DNA of 58,585 bases, counting the filler, from Squatina squatina (Eukaryota), in assembly GCA_031763465.1 (NCBI GenBank). It is 4 parts of 4 records of this genome, joined end to end, with 100 filler letters (N's around TTAATTAATTAA, not from the genome) between each part and the next. Parts side by side here need not be neighbours in the genome. Positions count along the whole stretch, not along the records: positions 45,691 to 58,585 come from JARFOE010000234.1; 3 more parts are not named here. The stretch is one strand, 5' to 3'. Each line of letters opens with the position of its first letter. The stretch's first letter is position 1. Shown here in pieces: positions 48,852 through 58,585 of the stretch. The notes below the pieces were generated by a model, which did not search any database, had not been told where the DNA came from, and saw nothing but the letters and a program-made list of their open reading frames with translations. The position numbers were made by a program, and so were the translations under genes.

Positions 48852-50771
48852 CTGACAATGAAAGGAAGGGAAGAGTATTGAAGTCATTCCAATTTGTGAA
48901 TTGCCCAACTGTTTCCAGGGGCTGTTTGTGTTGCCATCTTCTACTACAGCCAAACCTTTATTTCAAACAAAATACAAATCTCAGCTGTAGATAATGAATC
49001 TCATTGGGGCATGAATCTCAGTTGGATATCTTTACCTAAAAGAGTTAAAAGTTTCTTATTATTTTAAGTAGAGGGTTGTTTATGAGTCGCCAACTCAAAT
49101 ACATGTGTCAACTAAAATGTCATTGAATAACTGATTGAGCTCCTGTGGCATTGCTCCTACTGAGTCATTGTTGCAGGTTTGAGGATGGGGTTGCTGGGGC
49201 ATGGGGTGGGTTGGGGAGGGGAGAGATTAAATTTGCGATAGCATCCTTACCTATGTGTTCACACTGCACTCTTGCCAAATTTCACAGACAGGCAAGGGCC
49301 TCATTAATATTCAAAAATCAGGGACTGATGATGTTATTTGGACCTTGATTCGATTTTATCCCCAGCCCGTATGAATTGTATACAATACCGAATGCGCCAG
49401 GGAAAGCTGATATTTATAACATTTTTTAAGGTTAAGTTTAAGCAGGAGTCCTCCTCCGGGTTGCACAAGGAATATTTAGGCCTCCACTGCCCTGGGCTTC
49501 CATTTCTAGTGCCATGACCNNNNNNNNNNNNNNNNNNNNNNNNNNNNNNNNNNNNNNNNNNNNNNNNNNNNNNNNNNNNNNNNNNNNNNNNNNNNNNNNN
49601 NNNNNNNNNNNNNNNNNNNCCCCGGCCCCCCAGTGCAGTGATCCTGTTTTATGTGGGAGGTAATGACACTGGAGTTCCAGCAAGGTCAACGCTGGAGTGG
49701 ATCAGCGGATGGAAGTTCCAGCTCAGCAGCGCAAAATCAGGGCAAATGGCCACGTAGAATTTCAGGGCCAAGAAACAGGAAAGAGCCATTATGCCTTCAT
49801 TGTCTGGCATTTCGCAGTGTCTGTATTATTTCAAGGACAGGACATACTGGGTGGATAGCTCTTCGGAGAACAGGGCTGGCAGACACAGTAAATACTGTGT
49901 AAGACAGTCAAAGGATGTGGGAGCAGATGAGAAATAAAGGTTAATGGCCTCAGGAAGTCAGCCGAGCTATGTCTCGGCAGTATTTCATCATACCAAGGAG
50001 ATGAGCAAAGCTTGCTTTGCACAAAGCATTTACTGTCACTATGTTGAACTCGGGCTGTGTGCTGAGCTCTCAGAAAATAGCTCTTTCCATTCCTTACATG
50101 TGCGCATAAATGGCAGCAAGGCATCCTCTATTACAAATACTTCAGAGTGGACTTGTTATCACCTTGCCATTTACAAAGGGTGACTTCAGAAGCAAGTCAG
50201 AACACAACCTTACCTTCATGTACTCACACACCAGCTGGGAAGCAGGGTGAACACTTGTATGTCACTCTAGATCTTCTTCAAACAGCTAACATCTCAATGC
50301 AGCTTACACAATAAGACAACAAGCAACAGACAACAGCAAACTCAAATGGGAAAAAGATCCCCTAACTTTGGATTACTGATTTGAGGGAATCGTAGCTAGT
50401 GGTTATAGGAATGGACTAGTAACCTCGCAGTTATAAGTTCAAATCCACCGGCCCCCACCCCCACCGTGGCAAGTTGTAACAACTAAACTAATATAGATTT
50501 GTAGATCTGCACTTGCATTTCTCACAGATAGTCCGAGACCTTAAGTGTAGTTGCTGATTTTCATGTAGTTAGGATACAACAAAGGTGAGTGAGATGATAA
50601 ACATGTTCACACAGATTCCCTCATTGGACAGTAGCCTGAGCTTGGGTTCACACTCCATACTGGGAGTTGTAGTGTTGCCCATCAAAATTTAGAAGCAGTT
50701 TACAAAAATATGCTAGGGGTTGGCAAAATGAAGAGTAGCAATGGAGAGAAATGAGGACTCCCACATGTCTC

Positions 50772-51060
50772 TTCCCCTCACACCCGCCCATCTCCCTCTC
50801 ACACCCGTCCCGCTCCCTCACACCCGCCCCTCTCCCTCTACCTCTCACACCCGTCCCTCTCCCCCTCACACCCGCCCCGCTCGCCCTCACAACAGTCCCA
50901 CTGGCCCTCACACCCGCCTCGGTCCCTCTGACACGCGTCGTTCTCCCCGTCACACCCGTCCAACTCCCCGTCACACCCGTCCATCTCCCTCTCACATCCG
51001 TCCCTCTCCCCCTCACACCCGTCTCACTCCCTGTCACTCCCTGCTACAGTCGTCTCACTC
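50772..51060. repeat. C-rich ~21-bp minisatellite
   Basis: Unit approximately cccctcacacccgtccctctc repeated more than ten times, with degeneracy, up to a gap. Confidence 0.9.
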
Positions 51061-51339
51061 NNNNNNNNNNNNNNNNNNNNNNNNNNNNNNNNNNNNNNNN
51101 NNNNNNNNNNNNNNNNNNNNNNNNNNNNNNNNNNNNNNNNNNNNNNNNNNNNNNNNNNNNTTTTTAAACTGAAACAAAAAGAACTTAATATTTTTGCAAT
51201 ATTCTAGCCCAAAAAAGCTGCTCTGTGATGTGACTGAGATGTTGTCTTAGTAGAAATCCACTTTCTATCTCCAAACAATTGTTAGGAATAGTTTTCTATA
51301 GTATTTCTACTCTTCAATAAAGCAGCCACAATCTGGGAC

Positions 51340-51680
51340 AGACAATAACTTGCATTTATATAGCACTGGTAATAGAGTAAAGCCTCCCAGTGTGCTTCAC
51401 AGAGAAAAAAATGAATGGATGGTGAACTGGTGTGTGAGAGTTAAGTGAGGCGATGGAAGCTTGGTCAAAGAGCTATGTTTGAGAAAGCTTTTGAAGACAG
51501 AGAGGAATGTGAAGAGACATATGAGTTTAGGAAGACACTTCCAGAGGGGACGATGAAGAAGGCTGAAGGGTCTGCTATTAATCATAGAGCCAAGGGATGG
51601 ATGGATGTATAAAGGACAAGAGTCAGAGGATTGGAGGTGGTTGTCAAGGTAAGAAGCAGCGAGGCCCTGGGTGATTTAAC
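51340..51680 (-). mobile_element. Old L2 LINE 3' region
   Basis: aacttgcatttatatagcac tail, agcttggtcaaagag, ttccagag...ggctgaagg; similar to 12838-13202. Confidence 0.6.
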
Positions 51681-54109
51681 ATAGCTCAGTGACTCAGTGA
51701 AAGTGAGGTGGTGAGGCAGGTTCTGTTTGACATACTCAGTCGAAGCAGCATGGTCTGTAAATATGGGTGTTTAGATATTGCTGGGTGTGAACATATCACC
51801 CAAGATATATTTGTACCTGAAGATGGTGTCCTATCATTAAGTGGTCCTTCTCATCTAAATCATGCAGCGCTATGGCAATAGCCAAAGTGATTCCCATCCT
51901 TCCGAATTTGTTAAATGCAACTTGTAATACTGCATTATTTTGGAAGACATCATAAAAAAGTGTGGCATTGCAAAATGAAGCAGTTTACAAAAATACATTA
52001 AAAAATCTAAAATACATGCCCCAGAAAGCTGAGACAGCCATTTGTTTTACAAGCCAAAGCATTTCCTTTCAGCCAGTCAAGATCTTTATTGTCCTAACCT
52101 TGAATTGGTCGAGATTTTTCACAAGGGATGCCACAACAGCATCATCGTTGTCAAGGAAGGTAAACTATGACTGATTGACGACAAAGCGGGAACAAGCATT
52201 TATACTCAACAATGCAGCATTACTAGTTGGCCAGAATAAAATGTTGCCATGGAAATGTGACCTGAATTCAATGAATCACAGAAGCTTTTACTTTTTGTTA
52301 AGGTGAAACAAGGAGCAGGCCTATGTCCTGCCAAGTTTCAGAAAGCCCAGGGTTCCCCTTGGACCTCTGAAAGCATGCACATAATTACATGAGTTCAATA
52401 CTGTAGGTAACTTCCTTCTGTTCGCAAGCAGCTGCAGTTCTGATTACCACACACAAACAGAAGGAAAATCACCCAACGTGCGCTGTGAACGGCTTATCAC
52501 TGATATAATTTGAGTCTCTAGATCAATTCATAATTTATAATCAGACACCAACTCTAACCACTGAGATTCAGGCCTCAGAGATAACTATTGAATTTCCAGA
52601 AGCAGCAGGATCCCAGCCTCATTTGGCTTTTGCACCAAAGCATGCAGGNNNNNNNNNNNNNNNNNNNNNNNNNNNNNNNNNNNNNNNNNNNNNNNNNNNN
52701 NNNNNNNNNNNNNNNNNNNNNNNNNNNNNNNNNNNNNNNNNNNNNNNNCTGCCTCTCTCGCCACACTGGCGGGGTTTAATTCAATGCTTTCCTGTGCTGA
52801 ACGAGAGCAGCTGGAAGATATTCAGACTTTGAAAGGCGAAGAAGTAGATGATCACTTTGCTTGGTTCCAAATTATCCAATCAGATCCCCAAAGGTAAGGG
52901 CCTTGTGTCCTCGCTGTTGTTGCCACCTGTCGCGCATCCTGCACATTGGGGTGGATTCTGGGTCCTCAAACTCCGGAAATCCCAGCTTGTCCAAGATTTC
53001 AAAGACACCTGCTGGAGCCGCCACCTGTAAGGAACAAAATAGAGGAATTACAGGGTTATGAGGGGGAGGAGTCTCCCAGTTGGAGTGGAGTTCCAGCCTG
53101 TCCCCTTTTTTTCATCCAAACTCCGACCCACCTTCCTGGANNNNNNNNNNGGCCAGGATTCATATTCATCAAGAGGGAACCCGCCTGCGTATGGATTTCC
53201 TGGAATGACGATCAAACTAACACTTCATTTATTTTTCACATGCTTTAGTTTAAAAGTGCTTACACGCAAATCAGTTTAATGACAGAATGTCCTCTCTCTG
53301 GGATACTGGCCTCTGTAGCACAGTGCAGAGGACACGTTCTGATGTCACGCAGACGGAGTGCACATACCAACCAAGTGTGAAGCAACTGCGGCTTTTCCCA
53401 AACTGAATGAAATTTACACAATCATTTCCGTAATAACACGCTCCAATCTGCCATGTTATTTTGAGAGCTTTCTTCTGCAAACATCCCCGACATTCGGTAA
53501 ATAGCAACTGACAGCCCAGAGGCACACCAAACATTTCCTAAGTTACAGGACTACTCCATTGTAAATCTGGCAAAATATTCATTGTTAAAAGACAACGAAC
53601 GAAATGAAACGTACTTCCATGTGTGCAGGTCGTGGACACAAATCTTCTTTCAGCTACAATGATGTTTCTAGCAGAGTTTGTAAAACAAGAAATTTATATA
53701 TAATACTGAGAGGCCCTGAATGTACGAATTGAGCTCCCTGATGTTTGTGGGAGGACTGCTGCTCTGTATATAAGTGTCCTTTGTCACAGATGAAAGTGAT
53801 ATACAGTAGTGCAAATAAACTGCGACTGAAATAGTTGTCGAAACCCAGGAAAAATTAGACGGCAAAATATGTTTCTTTACTTTAGCAGCAAAAACCCAAC
53901 CCAAGCCTCTCTTTCACTGGTTGCCAGGGTAAATTTCCCTGAAAGCAGACTGTCTGAAATCAGGCCTGATCATAAATGAGCAGTGTTGAACAGATTTGTT
54001 TTCTGCCAAGAAATTAATCATTCCAGATTTCTTAAAGATGCAGTGCATTCAGTTTTGGTGACCACTACAACATATTGATTATCACCCAAAGTGGATCTCC
54101 TTCTTTGTG

Positions 54110-54250
54110 CCAGCCTTGGTTCAGTGGTAGCACTCGCTCCCTTCAGTCAGAAGGCTGAGGTTTCAAATGCCACTCGAGAGACTTGAGCATACAATCTAGG
54201 CTGGCACTTCAGTACAGAACTGAGGGAATGCTGCGCTGTCAGAGATGCTG
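54110..54250 (+). mobile_element. tRNA-derived SINE 5' part
   Basis: ttggttcagtggtagcactc (A box), ggtttcaaatgcc (B box), then the same body as the other copies; stops where a GC-rich element begins. Confidence 0.75.
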
Positions 54251-54599
54251 GGCGCCCAATTGTTCCGCCCTGCGTTTTAAACTCAAGGGGAGCAAAAGCA
54301 GTGATTTTTGCGCCCGTTTTGCTCGACCCCGCTAAGTATTCGGGTCTTTGAGAAAAATTTTAAGGCAGCTTAAAAACTCTTGCAGAATTCAGCGTTAATG
54401 GATCCCCGACCGGCGCTAATTGAATTTTACTGGATTCAGCGGGCCAATTCAGCCACCGATCTAAGGAGCTGCAATCATGTGTCTGGCCACCTCAGCCCTT
54501 AAAGGGGCTCGTTCTGGAGAAACAAGCAATGCTTAGGTCAGTCAAATCATAGCTCGTTGGTGGGTGAGGAGGTATTGTGTTGTCAAGTGCTGTGCTTGG

Positions 54600-54790
54600 C
54601 AGACATAACTGATGGCACCCTGTTCCCTCGGGAAGCAGGCTATGTTCGCAAAGCACACAGCTCTGTCTTGCTGATCCTGGAAGCTACAAGAGAAGGATAT
54701 GTACTGCTTTCTTTTCCTGTAGAGTGCTTTGGTGACCTGTCTAATGGGGCAGTGGACTGCGTAATGGGGGATGTTGGAGATGCCAGCCAT
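54600..54790 (-). pseudogene. PIF/Harbinger (HARBI1-like) transposase fragment
   Basis: GISNIPHYAVHCPIRQVTKALYRKRKQYISFS...QQDRAVCFANIACFPREQGAIS resembles the Harbinger segment GD..ISQSAVHRCIRQVT.AL...YISFP...F..IAGFP.V.GAID, with the first catalytic Asp lost. Confidence 0.8.
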
Positions 54791-54805
54791 AGTACCTTGA
54801 AATGA

Positions 54806-54950
54806 GCTAATGTTTCAGGTCGGTGACCGTTCGTCAGAACGACAAAGGGTCTGACGAAAGGTCACAGACCTGAAATGTTAACTCTGCTTCTCTCTCCACA
54901 GATGCTGCCTGACCTGCAGAGTATTTCCAGCATTTTCTCTTTTTGTTTGT
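54806..54950 (+). mobile_element. Penelope-like element terminal repeat with a partial inverted copy; shorter tail fragments at 24318-24350 and 32146-32173 (-)
   Basis: tctgacgaaaggtcacagacctgaaatgttaactctgcttctctctccacagatgctgcctgacctgcagagtatttccagcattttc, preceded by a 31-nt inverted copy. Inverted partial termini are typical of Penelope-like elements. Confidence 0.75.
54846..54885 (+). ncRNA. Minimal type-I hammerhead ribozyme-like motif (probably decayed)
   Basis: agggt / CTGACGA / a-aggtc-aca-gacct (stem II) / GAAA / tgTTA / actct. Core boxes are in the correct order and stem I agggt:actct pairs (one G-U). Confidence 0.6.
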
Positions 54951-55086
54951 ACAGGTCCTTCCTGCCCTAGGACTGGTCCCAATGCCNNNNNNNNNNNNNN
55001 NNNNNNNNNNNNNNNNNNNNNNNNNNNNNNNNNNNNNNNNNNNNNNNNNNNNNNNNNNNNNNNNNNNNNNNNNNNNNNNNNNNNNN

Positions 55087-55688
55087 ACATCCGTGGGGCC
55101 CCGCAAGTTCCGGGTTTAGGGCTGCAAGGCGCATGCGCCTAAGCCCAGGAGTTGCGTTCTGTCAAGATTTCTCTTGATAGATCGCAACACATCCCTGGGA
55201 GAAACCTTGACCAGTGAAAGCCCTTCAAATTGTTAAGCTGATAAATGCAGGCATACAGGCCTGCTTTTAGCAACGTAAGACTTTTAAATAATTGAAAAAT
55301 AGAATTGAACTACTTATTTATTTATTAATTATCCTGTCAAGTAAGATAAGTATTTTTCAGAGTCTTTAAAATGTTTTTTTTTAATTTTCAACAAATTTTT
55401 TTTTGTATAAAATATTTAATTAGATAGCATTTTAATTAATTTTAATATTAGAACTGTTTTTTAAGTTTATTTTTATGTGCTTGTGGGTTTTTTGGTATTT
55501 CCATTCATACTTCTGTTGGTCTGTAACCCGCATACGCTGTTAGGATACCTGGGTCTCTACGCTGATATTCACACAGAGGCCCAGGATCGCAAGACTGCAA
55601 ACCTACCAGACCACTAGGTACTTTCGCAGAAAGCTTTCCGATCGGAGGCCTGAGCCTGCGGGAAGGCTCCGTCCGGAATTTCTGGGCC
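55087..55688 (-). mobile_element. Multi-hairpin element in reverse orientation
   Basis: gttgcgttctgtcaagatttctcttgatagatcgcaac hairpin, gcgcatgcgc-centred hairpin, AT core, terminus ggaatttctgggcc. Confidence 0.8.
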
Positions 55689-55717
55689 AATATGTTGGAA
55701 AACAGAACCAGTGAAAC

Positions 55718-55816
55718 TCCTTAGTATATCTGTACAAATATCCTTAGTATAATTATACGAGTGTCCTTATTTTTATACAAATATCCATAGTATATTTATA
55801 CAGATAGCCTTAGTAT
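55718..55816. repeat. ~23-bp AT-rich minisatellite, about 4.5 copies
   Basis: tccttagtatatctgtacaaata / tccttagtataattatacgagtg / tccttatttttatacaaata / tccatagtatatttatacagata / gccttagtat. Confidence 0.85.
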
Positions 55817-56803
55817 CACGATAGAAAGATTTCAGTGTATCAGGCAAATAAAATGGAAACAGTAACTAAACATTTATTTGAAAGAATCAGCAAATTACAT
55901 TGTTTCAATGGCTGTTTTATATGTGTTCAGAATATAATAGTTAACTACAACATTTAAAAATACCTTGCCTCAAGTATTTTCCTGAAATGGCTACATTTTT
56001 TCTATCATTTTTTAACCCCTCCGAACTGACTATAGATGTATTTTGTATCAAAATCAGGTCAAATACCTTTTCATGGCAGGAACCAATTCTTACCCACTTC
56101 CTCCTCAACATATTGGGCTACTAATATGAAGATCACTTGCTGACTCTCATATTTTGTTTACTTCTGATTTCTTTACAAACACTTATTATTTTTGTAAAGA
56201 GAGCAGCAGCAAACCAAATTTAAGTGGAGGCAAGTGATCTTCATATTAACCCAATACAATGAAGAGGAAGTGGGTACGAATTGCTTCCCATTATGAAGGG
56301 GTATCTGGTCTGATTGATTTTGATTCAAAATACTTTGCATTTTATGTGCCACTGAAATATTATTCTGACAATCACAACCAGTTCTCAATAAGCGTAAATT
56401 AAAAGGAGGCCTGTGCACTGAAAAATTCTGGTGCAAATTTACAGCCATCCTGAACTTGCATAAATGCAGCTTAGTTTAGGCTTAACCTGAAGTGTATATA
56501 GTACTTCGCATGTGTAACCACTTTTTAATTCCCTCCAATTACTTTACAACATCAGTGTTGTAAATATTAGTAACAGTGTATGCTGTAAAAGTTCAGAACC
56601 TGCATTTTAATCATTTCTGAACAATGATTATTTAAAATGGAGATTCTAATGTGTTCTAGGTTTAGACCACTTGTTACCTGTGATTGGGTTTAAACCATTT
56701 ACAACCACTTGTAACTTAGGTGTCAGACAAAATTGAAGCTGGGCAATTTCTTGCATGTTGAGCATTAGCCATCAATTTCTTTTGCCAATCTTTATTCTTT
56801 CAG

Positions 56804-56929
56804 ATGAAGATGAATGTTCATTCTCTCGTTCACCCTGCAGTCAGCTGTGTACAAATACAGTTGGGTCATTTTACTGTTCCTGTGTGGAAGGATATCGCTT
56901 ACAGCAGAAAACCATCTGTAAAGTACAAG
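56804..56929 (+). CDS. LDL-receptor-related protein exon: calcium-binding EGF domain
   Basis: Acceptor ttattctttcAG, donor GTAAGa, 126 nt phase 1-1. Encodes [42 protein letters not shown] (six Cys, cbEGF consensus). Confidence 0.92.
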
Positions 56930-56959
56930 GTAAGATCACTTGGAAACTCTCCTATAGAA

Positions 56960-57308
56960 AGATTGCATTTGTATAGCACCTTTCACAACCTCAGGCCATC
57001 CCAAGTGCTTTACAGCCAATGGTGTAGGCACTGTGGCAACCTGCAATGGGATAATGACCAGAATCAGTTTGATGTTGATTTGAGGGATGAACATTGGCCA
57101 GGACACGAGGATAACTCCCCTGCTCTTTAGAAATAGTGTCATAGGATAATTTCACATCCACCTGAGCAGCAGATGGTGCCTCAGGTCATTTCTCATCTGA
57201 AAGACTACAGTGCAGCACTCTGTACTGCAGTCAGCCAAAATTTGTGCTCCTCCCTGGCACTGAAATTTGAACCCACAACCTTTTGACTGAAGGGTGCAAC
57301 CAACTGAG
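56960..57308 (-). mobile_element. Near full-length tRNA-derived SINE with L2-type tail
   Basis: Tail ttgcatttgtatagcacctttcacaacctcagg; body attggccaggacac...aaatagtgtcatagg...catccacctgag; degraded tRNA head at 57265-57308. Confidence 0.8.
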
Positions 57309-57330
57309 AATGATCTGTTTTATTTTGCAG

Positions 57331-57534
57331 AAGGCAACATTTTCATCTTGGCAGCAGGGAAGCAAAGTCTAGGAACACTGGATTTAAACAGCAGGAAGTA
57401 TCACACTATTGCAGTTGCTCAGGAAGTTGTGGCTATTGCATATGACCTAGCAAAGCCTGCCTTTTACTGGGTAGATGTGGAAGGGACCATATTTTGTTCA
57501 TTAACTGAAAATTCAAGCTTCCCAATTTACACAG
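57331..57534 (+). CDS. LDL-receptor-related protein exon: start of a YWTD-type beta-propeller
   Basis: Acceptor ttattttgcAG, donor GTAAta, 204 nt phase 1-1, in frame with the EGF exon. Encodes EGNIFILAAGKQSLGTLDLNSRKYHTIAVAQEVVAIAYDLAKPAFYWVDVEGTIF..., with the VAIAYD...FYWVD class-B motif. Confidence 0.88.
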
Positions 57535-58585
57535 GTAATACTTGTATATTCACTTCTCAGCATTTACTCATCTTTGTAATTGGGTTTTTGTACATGGGCA
57601 CTGTATCTTTACTCCTCCATAAGACTTTGTCTCCATCTAGTGGAATCATTTCATGGTGCAAGTGCATACTACAGGCCTTTTGGGGCAGTGTAGCTTGTAT
57701 CTTTTTCTTTAACATAAATTGGTGCTTTACAAATGTTCAATTAAACCTTAAATACACACTGGCTTTTATAAATGGACAATTGCAAAGCTCAATTCCCCAA
57801 AAGCTAGATTTTTAAATCTTGTATATTCTCTGCCTGAATGCAACAATTCAGAACTGCTGCTGTGCTGAACTCATCACTTTTTTTGTTTTGGGTTTAGTGT
57901 TGTGCCTAAGGCCTGTCAAACTTCACATTTGAAATAGTGATGTGCTTGTTTACAATTGTAACGTGGTTTACAACTTGTCCAAAGTAGTGTTTAGGTCTCG
58001 ACAGCTTTATCATTGTACAAAGGTTTGTTTTAGGCACATCAATAGAAATTTATTTGCATGCCAGATTAGACTAGTAAAAGCAGTTTTGATGGGTGGCAGA
58101 GTAGCTCCTTGCCAATAATACATGGTTATCTAACAGACCAATTGATTATCCAAGGTAATCAAATACTCTAGGACCTCCATTGTATCTGGCTTCTAGAATA
58201 GTTTACTAGTCCTACCACTAGTATCACTTAAATTTTTCTAGGTTTACCTTTGCAGTCCACCTTAAGTTTAAACTCTAATCTTAGATACTTTTGAATTTTG
58301 TTCATTCCTAAGCACTGTTCTACATCTTGCTTAATGTATTATAAACCTAGCATAACATGCATAACTTTTATTCCAAACAATTCATGGATGCTATCATACC
58401 ACGAGTTCAGAATGCATGGAATCTGGGGGTGGGGATGATGTGCAAGGTTGATGCTAATGCTGCTGATATAAACTTTTAGATGCCAAAGGAGTGACTAGTA
58501 TAGCTGTTGACTGGTTCACTGGGCTGATTTTCTGGACCAACCACCTTGAGAGGAAGATTTGCATTGGCATGTCTAATGGCAATGG

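Noticed and set aside
50648-51172. Pro/Thr/His-rich and Gly/Arg-rich ORFs
   Set aside because: Translations of the 21-bp C-rich minisatellite.
52243-52256. RFX X-box-like gttgccatggaaat
   Set aside because: Single imperfect motif with no demonstrable promoter context.
6013-57534. A functional gene cluster of FBXL16, PICALM-like, VBP1, ADAMTS3 and LRP-like
   Set aside because: The genes lie on different concatenated scaffolds; only within-scaffold adjacency is even tentatively meaningful.

Overview
Vertebrate genomic DNA, most likely a cartilaginous fish (shark). The gene exons are vertebrate, and the repeat content (CR1/L2 LINEs, tRNA-derived SINEs, LF-SINE-like copies, Penelope tails, many PIF/Harbinger relics) fits that group. 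The window is not contiguous. Three artificial linkers (44 N + TTAATTAATTAA + 44 N) join four independent scaffolds (1-13202, 13303-27169, 27270-45590, 45691-58585), and each is further broken by mostly 100-N placeholder gaps. Scaffold 1 holds two FBXL16 coding exons. Scaffold 2 holds four C-terminal exons of a PICALM/SNAP91-family paralog (ending LQFM*) and VBP1 exon 2. Scaffold 3 has no recognisable host coding exon; it contains repeats, a decayed RTE LINE and a 33-bp SINE-derived tandem array. Scaffold 4 holds two ADAMTS3 metalloprotease-domain exons (- strand) and two exons of an LDL-receptor-related gene (cbEGF + YWTD-type propeller, + strand). Notable observations: (i) a dispersed ~0.7-kb non-autonomous element built from a fixed series of hairpins whose arms diverge between copies while pairing is kept; (ii) relics of both PIF/Harbinger proteins (HARBI1-like transposase and Myb/SANT partner) beside MITEs with similar termini; (iii) a back-to-back pair of minimal hammerhead-ribozyme motifs in a Penelope-type terminal repeat; (iv) two candidate genes without an obvious human one-to-one counterpart (a PICALM-like gene beside VBP1, and an Lrp13-like receptor beside ADAMTS3). 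Family assignments rest on recalled sequences, not database searches.
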